Below, piece by piece: positions 1-10,995 of a DNA stretch of 22,639 bases. Numbering within the stretch: position 1 is the stretch's first letter; every line of letters begins with the position of its first letter. The stretch spans positions 1 through 22,639 of the forward strand of contig NW_021836949.1 in assembly GCF_006345805.1 (NCBI RefSeq), given 5' to 3'. The DNA is from Octopus sinensis. Taxonomy: Eukaryota. The position numbers and the translations under genes are program-made. A model generated the notes under the pieces. It was not told the origin of the DNA and ran no database searches. It saw nothing but the letters and a program-made list of their open reading frames with translations.

Positions 1-689
1 TAAGTTTGAGTTCAAGTCCAGCGGGAATCACTTCAGTGATCCATCTATATATGGTGGGCGAAATACGTTTTGTATTTAAGCTTAATCGGTTGTATTCCTT
101 CACCAACGTTTCTGACTTTACCCCTACCTGAGGGAGCTACTTTGGTGTCGATGTTGATGGAGTTGAAGACGCCACTACTGGCTTATGTCTGGTGGTGTTA
201 GTGGAGATAATTCTTACACCACTTGTTTTGGTTTCACTCCTCACTACATATTTACTGAATTAGGATTTTAGAGTTACCTCCCTTAATTTTGACGAAATAT
301 TACTGATTCGTTTTCTCTTTCCGTGTCGTATATTAGGCTTTCGTTAGACAATTTCAGTAGCAAGTAAATGTTATTTTATTAGAAGAGGTTACTAGTCTCT
401 CGGTCAAGACAGCTCTATTTTCTCTAACGGTTCTCCCACGCTTCCTCTCATTGTTCAACATGATTTGCCTCGCTTGAAAAATGTCACATCCTCTAAGTGC
501 CATGATTTATCCTATGTGACTATTCCTTATTAGGATTTAGCATCAGTTTTTTGTTTATTATATCGATATTATTATTATTATTTAATATAAAATATAAAAC
601 CGGGTGTATATATTTTTTTCAGTATCTTTCCACTTGACGTGACACAAACCTTCATTATGTCTTCTTCCATTTTTGCAATGTCAAAATGT

Positions 690-735
<46 letters not shown>
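690..735. repeat. (TAC)n trinucleotide microsatellite, ~15 units
   Basis: Direct reading: tactactac... It produces the spurious poly-Leu and poly-Ser ORFs 686..979 and 655..951. Confidence 0.97.
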
Positions 736-1029
736 GTTACTGCTGCTTATTATTGTTATCGTTAATTTTCTTATTGATATCTTCATCATTACTACAAACA
801 CCATCATCAGCATCATGATCATCCACATCCAAACGTTCTCTCTTCCTCTGTTTGTTACCGTCATCATTGACACTGCATCACCTTTACCTTTCATTTCCTT
901 CTTTTCTTTCCTTCTTTCTTTCTTTCTTTCTTTTTTCTCTGTTACCTTCAACTTAATCGAATCACTCCGCCATTATTGAACGCTCGTCCAACCACACCAA
1001 GCAACACAAAACATCAATCAGCAGCATGC

Positions 1030-1154
1030 ATCCAGCCACCCATCTTAGCCACCCAACCATCCTTAATAACCAGCGAACCAACCAGCTAGCCAGCCAGCCA
1101 ACCAGCCAGCCAGCCATCCAACCAACCAACTAACCAACCAGCCAGCCAGCCAGC
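1030..1154. repeat. Degenerate tetranucleotide repeat (CCAG/CCAA/CCAT)n
   Basis: Direct reading: ccagccagccaaccagccagccagccatccaaccaacc... Confidence 0.9.
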
Positions 1155-2567
1155 GTTGCACTAAACATCAATTCAGTCATACAAGCATCGTCCAACGATC
1201 TTCTCTATTGCCAATCCATTTGACAGCAGTAGTCAAGGAGCAAAGATTTCGATTAGGGCCATGAACGGAGGTTTGCGTATCGACCCTCCCATTATTGATT
1301 ATCGGATTCATATAAAACAGAAGGTCGAACGAATAAAAGATATTTTTTCTTCCCTGCTGTTCTGTACGTGTGTGTGAGCGAGTATATGAGCGAGTGTTTT
1401 AAATTCCTGTTTTATTCTATAGATTGTTTCCCCCACCCAAGAGAAAGAGCCATGCCCTCGTGTTACACCCGCGCGATTTTTCACATGAATATATTCATAA
1501 ATATGTGCAAAACAATCAAAAATGTTTTACACGTGTGAATTCATGCGAAAAGTCGAATTTAGGGAAGTCTCAGTCAGCGCATGCGTAGATCATTTTTATC
1601 CGGTGTTCTGTTTATAAAAATGCAGATAAACTTTCACACAACCCCACGCGCTCGTACACACACAAATAGACATACATACACGCACACACACGCCGCTGAG
1701 GATGCATCTTTTTGATTAGAGCACAGAAATATACTTACGTATGTGTGTATATGTATTTATATATGTGCATACTCACACGGGGAAGTATGATATCTCTATC
1801 CCTATATGCATATGAAAATATATACATAAATGTGTGTGTGTGTGTGTGTGTTTACGGGGCTCAGTTCTCAGTTCTCAGTTTCGTATCAGTTTAGATTTGA
1901 TATATGCACTCTCTATGAATATTCAGTTAATGTACCACAACATTTCTCACTTCTAAACATGAATAGAAAATGTATACAGACATTTATGAATGCACATTGA
2001 AGCTCGATTAACATAAACTGATTCAGTACCGCGAAGGAGCAAATGAGGTGGGCATCCATAGATACATACTTACACACACATACAGTTACACACACACACA
2101 CACTTGGGTAAAGCCCGAATGTGTAAACAGATTCATAGATACACGCATATAGACTCGCGTCAATACATCCTAATACATATACACATACGCATATAAAGGA
2201 AGAAATCACGATGCATTCATATATTCATACATACATTTATTTATAAATAACAGTCATTTTGAGGTGAACTGCCCTGAACATATGAACACTTCTTTCAAAA
2301 CCAGTGATAACGGGAATATTTATGGATAGATGCTTCGAAACCTACAGCTTCTCTTCTCAGATTATAAATATACATTGATACTGATAATTGTTGATGCAAG
2401 TGAGTATACCGCGAAATAAATGGCAAAGTGGTAATCTCAGGAAGATGGGATTCTCAGGCAAAAAAAAAAAATAATAAACGAAGAGCGAAACCCAATTCGC
2501 CAAATATAATCTATATGCAGACCTGCAAAAATATGTATGAGGTTTCTAATGTTCAACATGTAGTCAC

Positions 2568-2890
2568 AGCGTGTGGCTTAATGGTAGGATTATTCGTTTC
2601 CCGATCGTTAGCACGTGAGTTCGATTCCCGGCGATTCGTTGTGTCCTCCAGCAAGACGTTTTATTTTACGTTTCTCCGGTCAAATTGACTGGTAAAAGTG
2701 AGTCGCACCGGTAATCCAAAGGTCCAGCATTGTCAAACTGTGTAATGCTGAATCTCCCTGAGAACTACGTTAAGAGAACGAGTGTTCGATGAGTGCTCAG
2801 CCACTGACACATTAATTTCACAAGCCGACTGTTCCGGTGATAGAATCAATTGGAACACTCGTCGTACTGACCGACGGAGTACCAAGCCTT
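2568..2890 (+). mobile_element. tRNA-derived SINE, working family C (CORE-like centre shared with family B, different 3' tail)
   Basis: A-box-like TGGCTTAATGGTAGG (2574-2588) and B-box GTTCGATTCC (2619-2628). The central GTGTCCTCCAGCAAGACGTTTTATTTTACG (2641-2670) aligns by eye with 10850-10880 and 14370-14400. The 3' end is approximate and no TSD was seen. Confidence 0.85.
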
Positions 2891-3022
2891 AACAATTAAC
2901 ACTCATCATTTATGCTATCCACTAATGGAATTCAGCTCCTCCTTTATGAGAAAGCATTCAGATTATTAGAATCTAAATATAACATGCATAGACACATGTG
3001 CAGCTTAACAAACATACAGATA

Positions 3023-3024
<2 letters not shown>

Positions 3025-3057
<33 letters not shown>
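3025..3057. repeat. (ATA)n microsatellite
   Basis: Direct reading. Confidence 0.95.
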
Positions 3058-3547
3058 TAATAAAGAGACAGATTGCATCGATGCATATAAGCAACACATA
3101 TATCGCATACATATCATATACACATAAATATATTTATATAAATTTGGCAATGAGCTACGAAATCAAGCAAAAGAATTTACAAGAATAATCAAATGATATG
3201 ATCTCTGATTGCACTAAGACTTTCTATAAGTAAGACTTTATTTTATGTTACTAAGTAGTTCGCTACTTGTGTAGAAAAATATGGTCATTTAAACCAGAGG
3301 TAATGATAATCTAACAAGTAATTAAGATAATTAAATACATCAGGAACGGATCAGAATATATAAGAGTTTCCAGAGATGTAGCAAGCTTTTGGCAACTTTG
3401 TAGATCCAAAGATAAGGCTTTGGTTATTAGAAACCACCTCTGTATTTAAGTGGAGATTATTAAAGAATGATATTGATAAATATCTACATAACTCCCTTGC
3501 TCCCTGTGCGTGTACATACACACACACACACACACAAACACACAAAC

Positions 3548-3549
3548 TA

Positions 3550-3592
<43 letters not shown>

Positions 3593-3661
3593 ATATATAT
3601 TTTATATACTATATATATATTATATATATATATATATTTATATATAATAATATATATATAG

Positions 3662-3698
<37 letters not shown>

Positions 3699-3706
3699 AG
3701 ATATAG

Positions 3707-3738
<32 letters not shown>

Positions 3739-3749
3739 ATATATATATA

Positions 3750-3784
<35 letters not shown>

Positions 3785-3798
3785 ATATATTATTATAT

Positions 3799-3850
<52 letters not shown>

Positions 3851-3926
3851 ATATATATATATATTTTATATATTATATATATTTATATATATATATATTA
3901 TATATATATTATATATTATTTATATA

Positions 3927-3973
<47 letters not shown>

Positions 3974-3982
3974 ATATATATA

Positions 3983-4081
<99 letters not shown>

Positions 4082-4090
4082 CATATATAT
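3548..4090. repeat. Very long (~540 bp) imperfect (TA)n array
   Basis: Almost pure A/T alternation with occasional TT, AA, GA or TC interruptions. Confidence 0.97.
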
Positions 4091-4476
4091 ACGAACATAT
4101 TTTTCAGAAGTTAAATCTGAAAAGCCATCACAAAAACTGTCACTCAGAGTTTCACGTGTCTGTTCATCGAAAAGTTGTGATGAAGAATCTTGATCACAAA
4201 TGTCCTTTGTGTGTGTGTGTGTGTTTTGTGTTGTTGTGTTTGTGTGTGTGTATATGTCTGAATGATTCACTTATTTCCTTAAATATGGATAGGCGCATAC
4301 AGTGGTACGAACACATACACCAATATGCATTCACATATAAAAGCAGATATCAATGTAGTCTACACTTGGACGTTTGTGTTCCAATATACTCTACGTATAT
4401 ATATATTGGAATCGCCATTTGCCTACTCTGTGTGGTATCTATTACATAATTAATGTGATATTGCAAGCATCCATAC

Positions 4477-4558
4477 CTCATATTGCATGTTTGGAATAAA
4501 GCGGGAAAATGCGTCCGAATGTACTTACCTAAAAAAGAAAAAGAAAAAACATGATATT
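4477..4558 (-). other. Candidate recursive splice site (branch point, polypyrimidine tract, TAG|GTAAGT) with a 52-nt RS-exon-like segment
   Basis: The minus strand reads TGCTAATATCATGTTTTTTCTTTTTCTTTTTTAG|GTAAGTACATTC, with the junction at 4529/4528. A second donor GAG|GTATGG ends the segment at 4477. Motif evidence only. Confidence 0.4.
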
Positions 4559-5037
4559 AGCATAAGAAAATCATATGAAACAATACAGTATAAAAGCTAG
4601 GCAATGTATTAGAAAATACACAAAAACGAGTATAGTAGCGAGGCACCAATGCCTATGCGCACACGAGTGTGTGTATATATATATATAATGTATACAATTT
4701 ATTACATAACGATTTATTACATAAAACATCAAAAGACATTTTAAAATATCAAATTTTCGTGTTATTGAGTACATACTGCTTTAACATAGGATACCCACTC
4801 AAATTATATTTATGTATAAATGTGACCGCGTGTGTACCGTTGGCGATTTTTTTCCTCTGTCTTCCCTTCTCTGGATCTTTTTTTTCTCTTATGTTTCCGA
4901 CGAAGAGTTCCGCTCGAAACGTTAAATCCTCCTTCTTCCCTTCCTTCCTGAGCGTCCAATAATACTATATTTGTTCCACGGCCTCGCGTTGTTGTGTTTT
5001 CTCTTGTGTTTTCATGTTTGGATTAACTACACACACA

Positions 5038-5082
<45 letters not shown>

Positions 5083-5298
5083 AATATAATTCGAGACAAA
5101 ACCACTATTTTAAAACCAAACAAGGAAAGACTTAATCAATACATAAAATTTTAATATAAATTAAATAAACCGCCACTACAAATGTTTCATGTCTGCTACC
5201 GACAATCTTCAGGTGGATTTTCGATCTTCTAATCAGTATCAAATTTTGAAGTGTGTGTGTGTGTCTGTGTTTGTGTGTATGAGTGTGTGTGCGCACAC

Positions 5299-5602
5299 AC
5301 GCACAGATAGAGAGAAAGGGAGATGTGTTGGAAGTCTTTATGGTGTGAAAGTTTACGATGTAAGACAATATGCACACACATACGATCACAGATATGTGCA
5401 TGGATGAATGTATCTGTGTGCGTGTATATATATATATCTTGTAGGAACATTGCAAATTGGATTGTATAGTTTTTGGTGAAATGAGTATAGGGAAATGAGA
5501 CATTGTTTAAAGCCGGCACGCATCACTCTCAATTGTCTTACATCGTAAACTTTCACACCATAAAGACTTCCCACACATCTCCCTTTCTCTCTATCTGTGC
5601 GT
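5299..5602. repeat. Long inverted repeat: 71-bp arms (5299-5369 and 5532-5602), 70/71 complementary, 162-bp spacer
   Basis: Arm 1 ACGCACAGATAGAGAGAAAGGGAGATGTGTTGGAAGTCTTTATGGTGTGAAAGTTTACGATGTAAGACAAT equals the reverse complement of arm 2 except at 5329/5572. The peptide GSLYGVKVYDVRQ appears in both a plus and a minus ORF of the track. Confidence 0.97.
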
Positions 5603-5867
5603 ATGCGCGCACACGCTCAAACACACACATACACACACACACTACTACAGTCTATGAAATCAATAGAATCAATGACCAATAATCTTTGAAATAAAAACCG
5701 GACTATTTTTTCTTCCTCCCTCTCTCTCTCTCTCTTCTTCCAAATATCGATATTTGTTGGGTTATTATTATTATCAATATCATTTTTTTGTAGGTATCGA
5801 TCAAGCAAGTAACGGATATACAGACTGAACGATTGTATATTTGTGTGTGACTGCGAGCGTGTGCACA

Positions 5868-5908
<41 letters not shown>

Positions 5909-5927
5909 ATAATTATATATGTGTGTA

Positions 5928-5959
<32 letters not shown>

Positions 5960-6515
5960 GGAATGTATGTATGCATGTATGTATATAAATATGTATGGAT
6001 ATATGTGTAGTTATACATGTGTGCGTTTGGGTGTTGAGTGTTTGAAGTGGCAAGAGAGAAGCTTTGAAGTTGTGAAATGTTATATGCAGGCATGGCATCT
6101 TAGAAGCGATCCGCTCCTTTTATCCGTGTCAATACCAATATGATGCAATCAATTCAATGTGTGGCAGCACCTTTTCCGTTGGATAAATGCATATCATCAC
6201 CGACATGATCCCCCCACGACAGGACACTCACCTTCTGCATGACCGACCTTGACATTTCACAAAAATACAGAAGAAATATATGCAACTATGTGTGCGCGCG
6301 TGCGTGTATATATTATATCGGAGAGAGAGAGGGAGAAAGACAGAGAGATGGGAGTGTGGAGTAACAGAGAGTCAGAGACCGACAAACAAATTGATAGGAT
6401 ATATATAATGTATATATAATATATGTGTGCGTATTTATATATGTATGCATGTGTTGTTATATAAATGCATACTCTCTCACGCACTTCGTGTGTGTGTGCA
6501 TACGAGTGTGTATAA

Positions 6516-6589
6516 AATTCAAACACATCTATATAATATAATATAATATATATATATATATATATTATATATACATGCCCACACACACA

Positions 6590-6638
<49 letters not shown>

Positions 6639-6727
6639 ATATATATATAATCTATATCTTCGTTTGTCTATAATTCAAACACATCCATATATATATATCT
6701 ATCTCTATATAGATGTGTTTGAATTAT
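6516..6727. repeat. Three copies of an AATTCAAACACATC motif (two direct, one inverted) flanking TA arrays
   Basis: 6516-6535 is the perfect reverse complement of 6706-6725 (20 bp). 6670-6685 is the perfect reverse complement of 6712-6727 (16 bp). Confidence 0.9.
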
Positions 6728-6732
6728 TCTAA

Positions 6733-6840
6733 TTTTTTCGGTCACTGGACATGGCCATGCTGGGGCACGGCCTTTAAGAGAATATGGGGCGCATATTGAA
6801 CTCCTGTAATGATTTCTGAGTCTTAGGAATTATTTTATGG
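6733..6840 (-). mobile_element. Decayed 3' fragment of SINE family A
   Basis: GTCACTGGACATGGCCATGCTGGGGCACGGCCTT resembles GTCATTTGACTGTGGCCATGATGGAGCACCGCCTT at ~13335-13369 and the equivalent segment at ~16755-16790. Confidence 0.65.
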
Positions 6841-7782
6841 ATATATGCTGATTGACGAAAAGACCAAGTATCAGCTATACAAGGTTATACACTGTTATAA
6901 AAAGCTATACCATGTTGGTGTATATCTATAAACATAAAATATTTTAACTATTAAGCACCAATGCTTCCTAACTGTGTTTATGTGTCTCTAAATGCATACA
7001 AAATGGTATAGTATGTCTTCTTCCAGAATCTGTGAATTGTTTTGCTTCTTACACCTACTGTGACATATTGTGAAGAAAGAAAATTATCGGTTGAAATACA
7101 CTTCTAGATCGCCATTCAACCGTTGTAATTTTAGAAAGTCTCAGAAATTCAGTAATTACAAAAGTTAAATATACCTTTCAACGAATTTTGGAACAAAAAC
7201 TGCAATCTATATGTGGGAGTGTACAATCCGAAAGTACGACTTTAAATGCCGCAGATCTGGTTCGTTTGAAATGTTTTCCGTTTCTCTTTTAACGGTTCAA
7301 CATCAAGTAAGATATAACAGCTTCGCTCACTGAGTAACCAGTAATAAAACTCCATTGCTTGTGGCCGTTTCGTAAACGGGATGCCTAAAACATGAAAGCA
7401 TCACCTGTTTATAAATGTAAATAGAGGAAATTAGCATTGGCTCAGCACAAATCTATTCCATAAAACCCAATGGAGAAAGCAAATTCCGATGCAATGCTGT
7501 TCAATTATATTTCGATATGCTTGCAACTATTTATACCTCTATATTAACACGTTGTGTTGTTACTCCTAACTCTAATTTACGAAACACTTGGATCTTCAGT
7601 TACTATGGATACATATTTGAATGTAAATTTTGCATTGGGTTTTATTTGTTTCTTCCTTCGCAAAATCCAAGCTCATAACAAAAAAAAATGCATGTTTTCA
7701 GGTCATAAACCACATATGGAGAATCCTTGGAGCACTTTTTTTACATGTGCGTATGAGTGTATATAGATATATATGTATGTTT

Positions 7783-7854
7783 TCCCATGAAGTCTATTGG
7801 TTAAGTTTCCTGGTTCTCATTCCGGTGCCACGGGTTCAATTCGCGGTGTGGGAA
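7783..7854 (+). pseudogene. Decayed tRNA-Glu (anticodon CTC, 7816-7818), 72 nt
   Basis: TCCCATG AA GTCT ATTGGTTA AGTT T CCTGG TTCTCAT TCCGG TGCC ACGGG TTCAATT CGCGG TGTGGGA A is colinear with canonical metazoan tRNA-Glu (TCCCACATGGTCTAGCGGTTAGGATTCCTGG...CCGGTGTGGGAA). The acceptor stem pairs with wobbles, but U8 is lost and the D, anticodon and T stems carry mismatches. Confidence 0.85.
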
Positions 7855-7869
7855 CTTGTTGACCTTACA

Positions 7870-8074
7870 GGCGGAGGCTTGGCTGAGTGGTAAGAAGTTT
7901 GCTTCACAACCACATGATTCCATGTTCAGTCCCACTGCGTGGCACCTTGGACAGGTGTCTTCCACTATAGCTTCGAGGCGACAAGAGACTTGTGAGTGGA
8001 TGTGGTAGACGGAAAAAGTCGTATATATTCATACATATATATAAATATATATATGTGTATGTATGTATGTATGT

Positions 8075-8132
<58 letters not shown>

Positions 8133-8338
8133 TGGGTATGTGTTTGTCCTTTCCACACCCAGCTTGAACAACTGGTATTGGTGTGTTTACGTCCTCAGAC
8201 CTTAGCGTAAGGCAAAGCACACCGATAGAATAAATGCCAAGATTAAAAACATAAAAATAAGTAATGGGGTTGATCCGTTCGAGTAAAATTCCCCAACGCA
8301 GTGCCCCAGCATGACCGCAGTCTAAATATTCAAACAAG
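7870..8338 (+). mobile_element. Full-length SINE family A with internal (TA)/(TATG) microsatellite (~8012-8130)
   Basis: A-box TGGCTGAGTGGT (7880-7891), B-box-like GTTCAGTCCC (7924-7933) and CORE-like GGCACCTTGGACAGGTGTCTTCCACT. The 3' half (8131-8338) matches the reverse complement of 13308-13466 and of ~16735-16930. Confidence 0.9.
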
Positions 8339-8804
8339 CTATATGTGTGTGCGCGCGTGTGTGATTCTGCTTGCCTTATAAAAAGGGAGTGACTCAACAA
8401 GGAGGAACAAAATTATTGCATTTGCGAAAGAAGCTGGCCTCCTTAAGCATTCTGTTATATAACCAAATACTGCGTATAGTTTATTGAAAAGAAGCAACGT
8501 TAATATCATGAGAGTTATGTAAAATTCGAAGACGTCAAGCGGAAGTCCATCTTCTTTCGAAGGTTATATATTTGGAGAAATATGCGTGATGTGAAGCAGA
8601 CTTGTGTTAGATACATATCAAGAAGACAAGGTATCTGATGCTATCTATATCTCACCCGCTTCTATAATGGCATTCAGAATGAGTATCACGGTGGCAATGT
8701 GGCCTGAAGGTATTTTATTCGCTGTAGGTTCATATTTCAAATAAGCGTTCATTTTAACTCTGATCGCACTAACGTTCTGCAAGTAACATAATACATCGGA
8801 GAAA

Positions 8805-8842
<38 letters not shown>

Positions 8843-8845
8843 TGT

Positions 8846-8882
<37 letters not shown>

Positions 8883-9052
8883 GTGTGTGTGTGGTGTGGT
8901 ATAAATATATACGCGTTCGTAAATCTCCAAGTAGCTATGGGATGAATCATAACTTTAAATATCTAAACTCTACTACACGTATTAAGTATACTGGTTTTCC
9001 TTCGTGCACGAGTATATATTATTTACGTAATATACCGTAAATACAAAAACAT

Positions 9053-9394
9053 TATATATATATATATATATATAATATATATATAAACATATATATTTTT
9101 GTATATATATATATATGTATATATATATGTATATATATATATATAAACATACATGTATACTAAACATATATACATATATATACATATATATACATACATA
9201 TACATATATATATATATACATATATACATACATATACACATATATATATACATATATATACACATATACATACATATATGCATATATATATACATATATA
9301 TCACATATACATACATATATGCATAATATATACATATATATACACATATACATATATACATATATACATCTCAGTTTGTATTTTTCTACATATC

Positions 9395-9428
<34 letters not shown>

Positions 9429-9452
9429 TATATACTGTAATATATATATATA
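9053..9452. repeat. Compound (TA)/(TACA) microsatellite array, ~400 bp
   Basis: Direct reading. It is the source of the YI/IY-rich ORFs 8982..9353, 9023..9361 and 9115..9489. Confidence 0.95.
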
Positions 9453-9794
9453 CCAATTCGAAGAGATATCCGAGGAAGTGAAGCGGTAAAATTAACAGCG
9501 TGAAACGAAAAGCAGTGACGGCTTACCCTCGCATAACCTTGTAGTTGCCACAAAATATGAAAACTTCTAACCCTATTCTAAGAGCACTGAACCATTACCA
9601 TACGATTCCACTTAAGTCAAGAAAGAACCGCTTAAACCTCGTCTGATCTTTTCCATAGACAGACAGTAATGTACGTACAGAGAGTGGTTTGTGTGTACAT
9701 ATAAGTACGTACACACGAAAACGTGCAAGACAGTATATATTTAAATATATAAATGTGTGTGTATGCATTTATGTACGTATATAATATATATATG

Positions 9795-9835
<41 letters not shown>

Positions 9836-9905
9836 ATATACATATAGCTATATGTCCAAATAAACGTGAACACATAATTAAGTCTATATATAATTACGTG
9901 TATAT

Positions 9906-9965
<60 letters not shown>

Positions 9966-10100
9966 CATGCGCAAACAAAACTGTGAAAACCTCATACATA
10001 GACTGACGACTTAGCATTTAAAAAATCAGTATATCAAAATTTATTATAATTATGTAATATATCTTTTTAGGTCAACAAACGTCAGAAACCTATACGTAGG

Positions 10101-10122
10101 TCTCTCTCTCTCTCTCTCTCTG

Positions 10123-10196
<74 letters not shown>
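10101..10196. repeat. (TC)10 followed by a perfect (TA)36
   Basis: TC run at 10101-10121 and uninterrupted TA run at 10125-10196. Confidence 0.95.
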
Positions 10197-10198
<2 letters not shown>

Positions 10199-10771
10199 CC
10201 AGTATGAGATCATTTCAAACGGGAGAAAAAAAAAAATATATATCCACGCAAAAATAATAAGGAACACAACGATATTTCTTTGAAATGCATGTGACAAGAA
10301 TTAAAATTGTTTACTATCCATGAATATCCTGGTATATATCATGTGTACATTCAGAACTCCATAGGGATATTTTGTAATGGTTTCAATATGTTCTTCCTAT
10401 GAATGATGTGTTGTTGTTTTTTTTTTCCGAGCTTGAGTATATGTGGTCTGTGTCTGTGTCTGTTTGTTTCCTGTGTGTTTATATATATATATATATATAT
10501 CTATTATATATATATTATTAATATATATATATATATATCTATATATATATATATATATACTATATGCGCATATCTTTGTGTGTGTAGAAATAAGATATGG
10601 TTCTAAAGGAAGTGGTTGCAAGTTTTAAAGTTATAAATAGTACCAAAAGGAGCATTTAATAATATCTTCTCTATTCGAACATGGTGGACTCTCATTGTTG
10701 TGATGTCCATCTAAAAATGTAATGCGTGCACACAGGCGCGCGCGTATGTGTGCATATGTATGCAAGTGTGA

Positions 10772-10995
10772 TGGCTTATGGCTTAGTGGTGAGAGCGTCG
10801 GGTGTTCAAACAGGATCGTGAGTTCGATTCCTGAACCGGGATGCGTGTTGTGTTCTTGAGCAAGACACTTTATTTCACGTTGCTCCACTTCACTAAACTA
10901 TAGAAACGAGTTGTAGCTTCACTGGTGCCAAACTGCATCGGACTTTGCCTTTACTTTGGATAACATAGGTGCTATGCGAGGGCGACTGCTTGACT
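10772..10995 (+). mobile_element. SINE family B, 3' end decayed or truncated
   Basis: A-box TGGCTTAGTGGT (10779-10790) and B-box GTTCGATTCC (10822-10831). The body TGTTCTTGAGCAAGACAC...ATAGAAACGAGTTGT...ACTGGTGCCAA is closely similar to 14370-14470. Confidence 0.9.

Noticed and set aside
1577-1585. NRF1-like GCGCATGCG
   Set aside because: GC/AT alternating strings are common in this window because of CA/GC microsatellite variants, so a 9-bp match is uninformative.
4100-4200. Protein-like peptides on both strands (EVKSEKPSQKLSLRV; DQDSSSQLFDEQTRE)
   Set aside because: Short, bounded by microsatellites, with no paired splice signals and no recognisable homology.
8400-8790. Possible decayed mariner transposase N-terminus (faint resemblance to EDxPRSGRP around 8529-8555)
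   Set aside because: It needs several frameshifts and stops, and no TIRs or TA duplication were identified. It cannot be supported without a profile search (BLASTX/HMM against Tc1/mariner).
9527-9577. Minus-strand 51-nt segment NRVRSFHILWQLQGYAR with donor AGG|GTAAGC, superficially like the myosin RxFHIFYQL motif
   Set aside because: The acceptor is weak and the key residues differ, so it is most likely coincidence.
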